Shown: one piece after another, positions 39,252-47,915 of the stretch | Layout: every line of letters starts with the position of its first letter | Position numbering within the stretch: position 1 is the stretch's first letter | NCBI GenBank assembly: GCA_963692955.1 | Contig: OY843587.1 | Coordinates: 2,342,317 to 2,406,316 of the forward strand | DNA: 64,000 bases | Origin: Gammaproteobacteria bacterium | GTDB lineage: Bacteria > Pseudomonadota > Gammaproteobacteria > DSM-16500 | Direction of reading: 5' to 3' | The notes under the pieces: model-generated | Told to the model about the DNA's origin: nothing | What the model saw: only the letters and a program-made list of their open reading frames with translations | Database searches by the model: none | Program-made: the position numbers and the translations under genes

Positions 39252-39272
39252 CGTGCCTCATCAACCAAAAAA

Positions 39273-40664
39273 TTATTTATATGGGTTAGCGGCAAAATTT
39301 TCAAAACACGTGTACTGACCCAAAAAGGTTAAGCGTACTTTTCCAATCGGGCCGTTACGCTGTTTCGCGATAATAATTTCCGCCGTACCTTTGTCCGGAC
39401 TATTCTCGTGATAGACTTCATCACGGTACACGAACACGATCAAATCCGCGTCTTGCTCGATCGCGCCGGATTCGCGTAAATCCGACATCACGGGACGTTT
39501 ATCCGCGCGTTGTTCCAAGCCGCGGTTTAATTGCGATAACGCGACGACGGGGACTTTTAATTCTTTCGCTAAACTTTTTAACGAGCGGGATATTTCGGAA
39601 ATTTCCGCCGTGCGGTTTTCGTTGAAACCCGGCACTTGCATCAGTTGTAAATAATCGATAACGATCAAGCCTAACTTTCCATGTTCTTTCACTAAGCGGC
39701 GCGCGCGCGCGCGGACTTCCGCGGGACTCAACGCCGGCGTGTCGTCGATAAACATCGGCGCTTCGGATAACATGCTGACGGTGGAACTAATTCGCGGCCA
39801 ATCTTCGTCTGCCAATTTACCGGTACGGATGCGCAATTGGTCGATGCGGCACAGAGAAGATAGCAAACGCATGACTAGCGATTCACCGGGCATTTCCATA
39901 CTGAATACTAATACCGGCAATTGGCTTTTAATCACGACGTGTTCAGCGATATTCATCGCCAGAGTGGTTTTACCCATCGACGGCCGGCCGGCGACGATGA
40001 TTAAATCGGAATCTTGTAAACCGGAAGTCATCGCATCTAAATCATGATACCCCGTGGAAATACCCGTCAAAGGATCTTTCGAATGAAATAAAATATCGAT
40101 ACGTTCCATCGTTCTGGCGAGATATTCTTTGATGTTAGTCGGGCCGCCGACGCGCGCGCCCTGTTCGGTGATCGCGAAAACATGCCGTTCCGCGGTATCT
40201 AATAATTCGGTGCTGCTGCGGCCTTGCGGATTGAACGCACTGCCCGCGATATCGTTGGCGGCGGAAATCAATTGCCGCAAGACGGAACGCTCGCGCACGA
40301 TATCCGCGTAAGCCATGATGTTCGCGGCACTCGGCGTATTGTTGGCAAGTTCAAATAGATAAACTTCTCCGCCGGCGTTATCCAACTCATTGAGGCCGCG
40401 CAGCGCTTCAGAAATCGTTAACACGTCTAACGGATTATTTTGCCCGGACAGCTTGCTCATGACGCGGTAAATTAAACGGTGATTGTGACGGTAAAAATCG
40501 CCCTCACGCACGCGGTCGGCGATTTGGTCCCAGGCGCGGTTATCTAACATTAGCGCGCCTAAGACAGATTGTTCAGCTTCGATTGAATGTGGTGGAATCT
40601 TAACCGTATCAACCACGGTTGGCTTAGATTTATAACGTTTTGTTGTGTCTTGTGTCTTATCCAT
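39273..40664 (-). CDS. dnaB: replicative DNA helicase
   Basis: Walker A GRPSMGKTTLAMNIAEH and the RecA-like C-terminal domain. 463 aa. Confidence 0.9.
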   Translation of the reverse strand: MDKTQDTTKRYKSKPTVVDTVKIPPHSIEAEQSVLGALMLDNRAWDQIADRVREGDFYRHNHRLIYRVMSKLSGQNNPLDVLTISEALRGLNELDNAGGEVYLFELANNTPSAANIMAYADIVRERSVLRQLISAANDIAGSAFNPQGRSSTELLDTAERHVFAITEQGARVGGPTNIKEYLARTMERIDILFHSKDPLTGISTGYHDLDAMTSGLQDSDLIIVAGRPSMGKTTLAMNIAEHVVIKSQLPVLVFSMEMPGESLVMRLLSSLCRIDQLRIRTGKLADEDWPRISSTVSMLSEAPMFIDDTPALSPAEVRARARRLVKEHGKLGLIVIDYLQLMQVPGFNENRTAEISEISRSLKSLAKELKVPVVALSQLNRGLEQRADKRPVMSDLRESGAIEQDADLIVFVYRDEVYHENSPDKGTAEIIIAKQRNGPIGKVRLTFLGQYTCFENFAANPYK

Positions 40665-40736
40665 AGATAGCTAAATCACAGAATTGAATTGGATAAATGA
40701 TTTTCGCATTATCAGGAAATATTGTCCAAAGTTTAA

Positions 40737-41465
40737 TTAGGTTCTTTTCGGCTTCATTGAAGTATAAGCCGGCTGCTCAATTGGAATTTTTGTATTCGGA
40801 CGGCAGCAGCGGGTAAAACTTTTAAAGAAAGCAGCGCCGAAGCTTTCTTCTTCTTGCGGCATCGACCCACCTTGAGTCACTGTCATGCTCGAAATAGTCG
40901 TGTAGGTGACTTCTAATTTTTTACCCGGCGCAGAAGCTTCCCTGCTCGATGCTGTCGGCGTATTGATTGATAAAGGCGAAGCTTCTTTGGTGGGTGATGA
41001 AGATAAATTTAATGATTTCGTTGATGAGGGCGTAACTATTATGCTAGCAGCGTCATCGAGAAAATCGGATTCTTTCAGGCGCGCGGCTTGCTGTGTTCTG
41101 AATTCTAGCCGACGCGCGGTTTGAATTTTTTCTCGGTATGCTCGTAATAACGTTTTACGCTGTTCAATTTCGTTGGGCTTATAAACTTGATTCTTATCTG
41201 CATACTTAGTTTTAAAATAGTCGCATGCTTCGGTAAGTCTCGTATCATAGGCGGCTAAATTTTCGCTTATGGGGTTTTTTTCATACGCAGCAGCAGCTTC
41301 TTTTAAATTGCGTACGTAGTCTTTCCAACCCTGATTTGATAGCGCTTGCTGTTTAGCGCGTGTCGCGAATTCGCTAGCCAGACTAGATGTATTAGCGGAT
41401 TTATCCTCCATGAGTCTGGTGCGCTGTATAATTTCTTTTGCTTTGTCGTTATTAGCTCTAAGCAT
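40737..41465 (-). CDS. hypothetical coiled-coil protein inserted between rplI and dnaB
   Basis: GAGGA RBS 9 nt before ATG 41465 (MLRANNDKAKEII). S/T-rich linker. C-terminus ends CCRPNTKIPIEQPAYTSMKPKRT. No known motif. Confidence 0.55.
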   Translation of the reverse strand: MLRANNDKAKEIIQRTRLMEDKSANTSSLASEFATRAKQQALSNQGWKDYVRNLKEAAAAYEKNPISENLAAYDTRLTEACDYFKTKYADKNQVYKPNEIEQRKTLLRAYREKIQTARRLEFRTQQAARLKESDFLDDAASIIVTPSSTKSLNLSSSPTKEASPLSINTPTASSREASAPGKKLEVTYTTISSMTVTQGGSMPQEEESFGAAFFKSFTRCCRPNTKIPIEQPAYTSMKPKRT

Positions 41466-41479
41466 AACTATATCCTCAT

Positions 41480-41514
41480 AAAAAAAGGCAAATGTGTTAA
41501 CCACATTCGCCTTT
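41480..41514 (-). terminator. intrinsic terminator after rplI
   Basis: Minus-strand hairpin AAAGGCGAATGTG-GTTAAC-CACATTTGCCTTT followed by T7. It directly precedes the RBS of the 243-aa gene. Confidence 0.55.
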
Positions 41515-41535
41515 GTCACACTCCCTAAAAGCGAA

Positions 41536-41988
41536 TTACGCTTCTGTAATAATACTCAATTTCACCATGGCCACTACATCACTGTGTAATTCCAACGTGA
41601 TTTCGTAATCACCCAAATTACGGATGACGCCGTTCGGCAAATCGATTTCACTTTTTTCCACTTCCACACCCGCGGCGGTCACGGCTTCAGCGATATCACG
41701 CGTGCCGATCGAACCGAATAATTTGCCTTCTTCACCGGCTTTACCATGCAGTGTAATCGTGCCTAACGCTTCGATCGCGGCTTTCTTAGCGAGCGCTGCG
41801 TCCAAATGTTGTTTTTCCACTGCTTCTAATTCGGCGCGGCGCGCTTCGAATTTTTTAAGATTCGCGGCGGTGGCGTAAATTGCTTTACCTTGCGGCACTA
41901 AGTAATTACGGCCATAGCCAGGTTTTACGTTAACTTTGTCGCCTAAAGCGCCTAAGTTACGAATTCTTTCAAGTAATAATACTTCCAT
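41536..41988 (-). CDS. rplI: 50S ribosomal protein L9
   Basis: [36 protein letters not shown]. Confidence 0.9.
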   Translation of the reverse strand: MEVLLLERIRNLGALGDKVNVKPGYGRNYLVPQGKAIYATAANLKKFEARRAELEAVEKQHLDAALAKKAAIEALGTITLHGKAGEEGKLFGSIGTRDIAEAVTAAGVEVEKSEIDLPNGVIRNLGDYEITLELHSDVVAMVKLSIITEA

Positions 41989-42012
41989 CTCAAACCTCTT
42001 CTAAAAAAATAA

Positions 42013-42948
42013 TTAACTGCCAATTCGCTGTTGCGGAATAAACTTTCGCAAATTAAAAAAAGTATCCACTAACGCCAACACACCTACTAAAACCATTCCA
42101 AACGGTACTAAAAGAATTCCAGCATAAATCAACGTATTCCACAGCCACGCTTTTCTCGTGTTGTTTAAAAATACTTGCAACACACTAAAGCCCGCCGCCA
42201 CGTAAGTGCAAATAATCACGGACGTCATGTCCACAATGATGGGACTGCCCGTGAATAACAGCAACGCGACGATAAAGCTCACGATGCCTGCCGCGTAACT
42301 CAAACGGATATTGCAAAGTTCTTTGCGCAAGCCGCCGGAATTATAAATCGCCGCTTGCCACCAACGCGCCAACAGCAATTGCAACAGCGCCCAAAACACT
42401 TCGAACGTCGCTAAGAAACCGGTGGTAAAAGGTTTCAGCGCGCTCACTAAACCCGTCGTCTGTGATTGCATGGCGTTGACATTATCGTTAGTCAGATCGC
42501 CGGCGGATTTCAACGCATAAGTAAAATAATTAACTAAGTGCGTTTGCCACCAAGTTTGAATGTCGGGATTGACGATATACACGCCCATCACAAACACTAA
42601 TCCAAACAACGCCGCGGTTTGTAACAGCAAATTCCAACTACCATATTGACGTAATAAAATTGCAAACACCCACGTCAATATATTAATAACCGCGTAACAC
42701 CCTAAAATATCGCCTGAACTAAACGAATCCGCCGGGGGCGCCGGTTCAAAATACGTCGTGACTATTAGTGGAATCAACACCACCACTAACAAATAAAATC
42801 CCTCTCGCGCCCCGCGCAGCAACGTGATAAATCCCACCATGATCAGGCTGATACTGCCCAACAACGGTATGAATGAAATCACCAGCGCCGTGCCCCAAGT
42901 GTGGAGGCGGCTTCGCAGAATATAATCTGTAAAGCGTTTTAAAAACAT
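42013..42948 (-). CDS. polytopic membrane protein (YybS/DUF2232-like position between rpsR and rplI)
   Basis: About 8 predicted TM helices. The family call is inferred from conserved rpsF-rpsR-membrane-rplI-dnaB-alr synteny. Confidence 0.6.
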   Translation of the reverse strand: MFLKRFTDYILRSRLHTWGTALVISFIPLLGSISLIMVGFITLLRGAREGFYLLVVVLIPLIVTTYFEPAPPADSFSSGDILGCYAVINILTWVFAILLRQYGSWNLLLQTAALFGLVFVMGVYIVNPDIQTWWQTHLVNYFTYALKSAGDLTNDNVNAMQSQTTGLVSALKPFTTGFLATFEVFWALLQLLLARWWQAAIYNSGGLRKELCNIRLSYAAGIVSFIVALLLFTGSPIIVDMTSVIICTYVAAGFSVLQVFLNNTRKAWLWNTLIYAGILLVPFGMVLVGVLALVDTFFNLRKFIPQQRIGS

Positions 42949-43013
42949 GTTGAACTCACATTCCGCAATCCCTGCGGCCGTTATTTATTCTTTCGCAAAA
43001 ATTTTTTTAAAAA

Positions 43014-43238
43014 TTAATGCTTGTCACAATACGGCAGTAACGCTAAATAACGCGCTAGCTTGATGCAAGTCGCTAATTGGCGTTGAAAAGGCGCTTTAGT
43101 TCCCGTGATGCGGCTCGGCACGATCTTGCCACTTTCAGTCACGAATTTTTTTAACAAGTTAATATCTTTGTAATCGACTTCTTTAATTTTGTTTGTAGTA
43201 AAGTAACAAAACTTTTTACGACGAAAATAGGTAGCCAT
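43014..43238 (-). CDS. rpsR: 30S ribosomal protein S18
   Basis: RRKKFCYFT...[27 protein letters not shown]. Confidence 0.9.
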   Translation of the reverse strand: MATYFRRKKFCYFTTNKIKEVDYKDINLLKKFVTESGKIVPSRITGTKAPFQRQLATCIKLARYLALLPYCDKH

Positions 43239-43262
43239 GATTTTACTCCAACACTGCGTTAA

Positions 43263-43682
43263 TTATTTTTCACTCTCAATTTCGATGCCCATATCTTCAT
43301 CCACGGCAGGCTTTTTGTAACGGCCTTTGCTGTCGCCATCGTGGGAAGTATCGCTGCGGTATTCTCTTTCTTTCAGCAACGGCGACGGTTCGGTCGAAGA
43401 GGTTTTGACATTCAAAATTAAGTTGCGGATGACCGCGTCGTTATAACGGAAGGCATTGCTGATTTCATCAATCGCTTCTTGGTCGCATTCGATATTCATT
43501 AACACGTAATGCGCTTTCAGAATTTTGTCGATAGGATAGGCTAATTGGCGGCGGCCCCAGTCTTCCAGACGGTGCACTTTACCTTTACGAGTCGTGACGA
43601 TATTGCTGTAACGCTCAATCATGCCCGGGACTTGCTCGCTTTGATCGGGATGGACTAAAAATATAATTTCATAGTGTTTCAT
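43263..43682 (-). CDS. rpsF: 30S ribosomal protein S6
   Basis: [25 protein letters not shown] with an acidic C-terminal tail. There is no priB between rpsF and rpsR. Confidence 0.9.
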   Translation of the reverse strand: MKHYEIIFLVHPDQSEQVPGMIERYSNIVTTRKGKVHRLEDWGRRQLAYPIDKILKAHYVLMNIECDQEAIDEISNAFRYNDAVIRNLILNVKTSSTEPSPLLKEREYRSDTSHDGDSKGRYKKPAVDEDMGIEIESEK

Positions 43683-43859
43683 GTAACTTACTCTCCTTAC
43701 GGTTTATACAGCCTGGTCAGCGTTAGCCTTCAAGGCAAGGAGAAAACCATCTATATATAACGGTCTTCGAAAGGTTGCTGATTCTACGCAAGATCAGGCT
43801 TAGTTGCAACTTTGTCCACCGGGAATTTATCGCGAATTAGTAAAATCTTTTTTTATCAG

Positions 43860-45248
43860 CTAATTAGGCGGTTTTTTTAATGCCGCGGTGAGGTTAAAAA
43901 CGCCCCAAGGAATGAGGCAGCCCAGCAATATGCCAGTAAAGATAATCGCTTCATACACCAACGCGTTGCCCACCGGAATTTGGCTAGGCGGGAAAAACCC
44001 GATAATTCCCGTCAAAATACAGCTCGCCAGTCCCATCAAACAGACAATCCATAAGCCAGGTTTGCCGCCCGGGATGACAAAAGCGCGTTTGACGTCGGGA
44101 AATTTATAACGCAACCGGATGGCCGCAGCGAAGATCGCGATATACACGATGAAAGACAAAATTGACGTGACCGCCGACAGCGCCCAAAAGCTGCTGCTGA
44201 CGCTAGGCATTAACAAGAACACCGAGCAAAGCAGCGTAAAAATGCCACCTTGAATTAACAACACCATGACCGGCACGCCATGCTTATTGGTTTTCGTCAA
44301 CGCGGCCGGCAGACACCCATCGCGGCTAGCGGCGAGTAAGCCCTTGCTGGGGCCTAAAATCCAAGCGTTGACGCCGCCTAACGCGCCGCACACCATGAGC
44401 AAAGCAATCCACGGCGTTAACCAATCTAAATGGAAGGATTTAAAAAACACGTCGAACGCTTGCAACAGTCCCGAGATAATATTCAATTGCTGCGCCGGCA
44501 CGACTAGCGCGATCGCCAACGAAGAAAAAATCAGCGTCGCTAAAATAATAACGCCCGACCAAGCGGCGGCGCGCGGATAATCGCGCTGTGGGTTTTTCAC
44601 TTCCGCGGCATGCGAAGCCGACATTTCCATCCCCGCTAACCCAAACATCAGCCCGGATAATAAAACCAAATGATTAATGCTGCCGGTGTGGGGAATAAAT
44701 CCCGCCCAACTAAAATCGACGTGAATAGGATTGCCTTTGATGATCCATATCACGCCCAGTGCAGTAATTAATAACATCGGTAACAGCGTGCCAAAAATAG
44801 CGGAAATAGTGCTGAAAAAACTCGAGGTTTCCATGCCAAAAAAATTCACCAGCGTCGAGCCCCAGAAGAACACGGTGATGATACTTAGCATATAAGTTTT
44901 ATCATTGATTAAATCGGGATTAATGCAATACGCGAGAGTCGCCGCGATAAATGACATGATAGTTGGGTACCAGCAGATATTATAAAACCATTGCAACCAA
45001 ATCGTCATGAACCCAATTTTTCTCCCAAACGCTTCCCGCACCCACACATATATGCCCCCCGTCTCCGGCCACCCCGTCGCCAACTCCGCGGACACTAACG
45101 CCACCGGCATAAAAAAAGTAAGCGCGGCCGCGAGATAATAAAACACGAGAGAAAACCCATATTCCGCGCCCATCGGCAACGTGCGCAAACTGTCGATGGC
45201 GATGACATTGATCATGACTAAACTAACAACGCTAAGGGATTTTTTCAT
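43860..45248 (-). CDS. APC-family amino acid permease
   Basis: 12 TM segments. 462 aa. It is preceded by the His-rich leader ORF. Confidence 0.8.
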   Translation of the reverse strand: MKKSLSVVSLVMINVIAIDSLRTLPMGAEYGFSLVFYYLAAALTFFMPVALVSAELATGWPETGGIYVWVREAFGRKIGFMTIWLQWFYNICWYPTIMSFIAATLAYCINPDLINDKTYMLSIITVFFWGSTLVNFFGMETSSFFSTISAIFGTLLPMLLITALGVIWIIKGNPIHVDFSWAGFIPHTGSINHLVLLSGLMFGLAGMEMSASHAAEVKNPQRDYPRAAAWSGVIILATLIFSSLAIALVVPAQQLNIISGLLQAFDVFFKSFHLDWLTPWIALLMVCGALGGVNAWILGPSKGLLAASRDGCLPAALTKTNKHGVPVMVLLIQGGIFTLLCSVFLLMPSVSSSFWALSAVTSILSFIVYIAIFAAAIRLRYKFPDVKRAFVIPGGKPGLWIVCLMGLASCILTGIIGFFPPSQIPVGNALVYEAIIFTGILLGCLIPWGVFNLTAALKKPPN

Positions 45249-45255
45249 GTGAGGC

Positions 45256-45302
45256 TCATCATTAAGTGGAAAAAGACAACAGGAATAGAGTTTTAATGAT
45301 GA
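45256..45302 (-). promoter_or_regulatory. 10-bp inverted repeat linking the His-codon run and stop of the leader to the ribosome-binding region of the permease (candidate translational attenuator)
   Basis: TTAATGATGA (45293-45302) and TCATCATTAA (45256-45265) are perfect reverse complements separated by 27 nt. The distal arm lies 8-17 nt upstream of the permease ATG. Confidence 0.4.
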
Positions 45303-45328
45303 TGGTGATGATGGCTAAGGAAGCGCAT
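45293..45328 (-). CDS. putative His-rich leader peptide MRFLSHHHHHH
   Basis: Minus-strand ATG CGC TTC CTT AGC CAT CAT CAC CAT CAT CAT TAA (verified base by base). It ends 44 nt upstream of the permease start codon. Confidence 0.45.
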   Translation of the reverse strand: MRFLSHHHHHH

Positions 45329-45459
45329 CGGCTGCTGATTTTTTTGAAAAAGCCAAGTTTTCATGGTGTGATCTACTCGTGAATTAGCCGCTACTATAAG
45401 CTAATCCCCCCGAGAAAAAAAGCCAGCCTAGCCAAATTTCCGGATTTTCACATATCGCC

Positions 45460-45488
45460 TTGACACTTTTCCGAAAAACTTTGAGAAT
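45460..45488 (+). promoter_or_regulatory. candidate sigma70 promoter for tRNA-Met
   Basis: TTGACA (45460-45465), 17-nt spacer, GAGAAT (45483-45488). The tRNA 5' end is 19 nt downstream. Confidence 0.35.
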
Positions 45489-45506
45489 GGGCGTCCCCAA
45501 ATATAT

Positions 45507-45580
45507 GGCTATGTAGCTCAGCTGGTTAGAGCGCGGCACTCATAATGCTGAGGTCGGTGGTTCGAGTCCACCCATAGCCA
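45507..45580 (+). tRNA. tRNA-Met (CAT anticodon, elongator-type)
   Basis: GGCTATGTAGCTCAGCTGGTTAGAGCGCGGCACTCATAATGCTGAGGTCGGTGGTTCGAGTCCACCCATAGCCA. 7-bp acceptor stem GGCTATG/CATAGCC, anticodon loop CT-CAT-AA, TTCGAGT T-loop. CCA is not encoded. Confidence 0.9.
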
Positions 45581-45696
45581 CTTGAATTTTCATATCTTAA
45601 TTAGATCGTGTTGTTTCTAGTATATTTCCCAGGGTGCATATGGGGTGCATAAGAGAAAATCACTTGAGTTTGTTAACCAAAGATCATGTATATATA

Positions 45697-46365
45697 CTAC
45701 AATGCTTTTAGCTTTAAATTAATCTTAATAAATGCATCATCAATAAGCTTTCTAACTTTCTCACTTATTTCATCATCTTCAGCACCACGTTTGAACATGT
45801 ACTTCTTACAGTGAGCTAAATTAGCTTTATCTAGAATTTCTTTTTTAGCAGCATGATCACAATAGAGATCGGCACTGGCAATATAATCTAGAATTAAACT
45901 ATAAACATGCTGTTCCTCATTATCTAAAAAATCCTTTTCCAATGTAAGTTCAATAATTTTATAAAAATTGATTGCATCCAATAACTCATCGTAAGTATCC
46001 CATAGCCTTTTATAGTAACTTTTATAATTATTTATTATTACTGGATAAACCTCTTCGCTCAGAGAACTAAATTGGTTAATTATTTTTAATCTTACATTTT
46101 GATATTCAGTTTTGAAATTTAGTAACTTAAGTTTTATATTGATAAGAGCACGATATTTATCACTCCCTCTAATCTCGTCCTTCCATTGTTTTAATCCTAT
46201 ATAGGCAAATATTGCTAAAACACTCGTTGCAATAGCAGTAATACACGAAATTACTGAGTCGAAAATGGAATTATTTAAAAATAAAAACAGAACCAATCCT
46301 AACAAAAAAATAATTATAATAGTGGCAATCCAGCAAGGCCATTTTGTTCTAATTGAACATTCCAT
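45697..46365 (-). CDS. hypothetical protein with two N-terminal TM helices (222 aa)
   Basis: WIATIIIIFLLGLVLFLFL and SVISCITAIATSVLAIFAYIGL helices, then a predicted helical K/E/D-rich cytoplasmic domain. First island gene after attL. Confidence 0.5.
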   Translation of the reverse strand: MECSIRTKWPCWIATIIIIFLLGLVLFLFLNNSIFDSVISCITAIATSVLAIFAYIGLKQWKDEIRGSDKYRALINIKLKLLNFKTEYQNVRLKIINQFSSLSEEVYPVIINNYKSYYKRLWDTYDELLDAINFYKIIELTLEKDFLDNEEQHVYSLILDYIASADLYCDHAAKKEILDKANLAHCKKYMFKRGAEDDEISEKVRKLIDDAFIKINLKLKAL

Positions 46366-46708
46366 AGTTATCGCTTCCCTGACAGGTATTTATAGATATT
46401 CTCCCAAATATTGATACCGTACAATATAAATCACAATAACATGAGAGTAAAAATATGGATATCACTCATACAGCAAGATAAAGAGGTGGGCTACTATCTC
46501 GATAACTATTTCTTTTAAAATAATTTTTTGCAGGACTTTGATAAAACACTGCGGACATTTTCGGACAACTTATCATTGCAAACAAGTTGCTAATCTTATG
46601 TAGACAACTTGCAGTTTTTTGGTAAATGCTATGTAATAGTTTTGAGATAATTTTAAAGAGGACAACAACTGGAGGACATAAAGCTATTACCACTAAGGTA
46701 CCAATCTA

Positions 46709-47173
46709 ATGCGACTTAAAAAATATGAAATCAGAATGTCTGTCTCCAAAAATCTTCATGACCGCATCTCCCAAGAAGCAAAATATCGAGACACAAAGAT
46801 GGCAAACATTGCCAGAGAGCGACTAGCTAAATATTATTTTCAGGATGAAAGAATTGCCAAACCACTCGAAACAACAAATACCCAACAAGAAAACTACACC
46901 AATAAAACTTCAACACAAACTATGGAAACAGAAAAAAAATTATTTTCTGGCATTACCAGAATTGAAAAACAATTTGAATTAGTTCAAGAACAAATGGAAT
47001 TTGTTGTAATAATGCTTGACCGATTTTACTTTGACATAATGAAGTTTTTACCCAACATACCCGAAGAACTTAGTTTAGCCGCTGTTTCAATTGCACATCA
47101 AAGACATATTGGCTGGTTAGAAACGATTAAACAGATATTAGAAAAAAACAGTTCATACAACAAAACTATCTAA
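46709..47173 (+). CDS. hypothetical protein (154 aa)
   Basis: ORF in the AT-rich island. No motif. Confidence 0.45.
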   Translation: MRLKKYEIRMSVSKNLHDRISQEAKYRDTKMANIARERLAKYYFQDERIAKPLETTNTQQENYTNKTSTQTMETEKKLFSGITRIEKQFELVQEQMEFVVIMLDRFYFDIMKFLPNIPEELSLAAVSIAHQRHIGWLETIKQILEKNSSYNKTI

Positions 47174-47753
47174 CTTTAGGCCTAGTGGGAGAAGGTAAAT
47201 CAGCTTGGGTAGCAATCTCAGAGGAAGGGTGGCGATTCTGGGTAATAGCATGTAAAGCTTTAATGGCTTTTTCTATTTGCTCATCAGGTAATTGTGCAAA
47301 CATTTTTTCTAGGCTTGTCTGATCTCGATTAAAAACATTGAGAGCTTGCTTTAGCTCATTATCAAGTTCACTGGTTTTTTGCTTTTCTAACATTTCTTCA
47401 TACTCAGGGTGAGAGTTCATGTAATCACTTATAGCAGTTGATGATGCTTGCTCAACAAGAGTTCTCATTGTTTGCTCAGGATTTTCAACCTCTACTGTAC
47501 GCAAGAAATGCTTAGGATTTTGAAGCATATTTTTGATAGAGTTCGGAAGATCTTGGTAACTAGGCCCATTAATAGCAAAAGAATTTTTTATAATTTCCTG
47601 TAACAACTTAATGCGAGATGCATCTTTGGAAATCCAAATCGATATAGGCGCTTTAATCATATTTTGAATAATATCTAATCGGCCTTCCAGATCAATTGCA
47701 TCTGAATGACTTTTGTATTCTTTTGATCCAAATAAATTATTTCGATTATCCAT
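47166..47753 (-). CDS. hypothetical protein (195 aa)
   Basis: ORF in the island, convergent with the previous gene. No motif. Confidence 0.45.
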   Translation of the reverse strand: MDNRNNLFGSKEYKSHSDAIDLEGRLDIIQNMIKAPISIWISKDASRIKLLQEIIKNSFAINGPSYQDLPNSIKNMLQNPKHFLRTVEVENPEQTMRTLVEQASSTAISDYMNSHPEYEEMLEKQKTSELDNELKQALNVFNRDQTSLEKMFAQLPDEQIEKAIKALHAITQNRHPSSEIATQADLPSPTRPKVR

Positions 47754-47915
47754 TTTTCACCAGCCGAAATTTATAAATAATTGATTGTATAAAAATTAGT
47801 CTTATTGTATCATAAAATTATATTTTTATCTAACTGACTTAATTCAGAATAGCTTCATGGCATTAACAGCATGATTTAAATAACTATTTAAATTAAAACA
47901 CTAAAAGGCGGCTTT

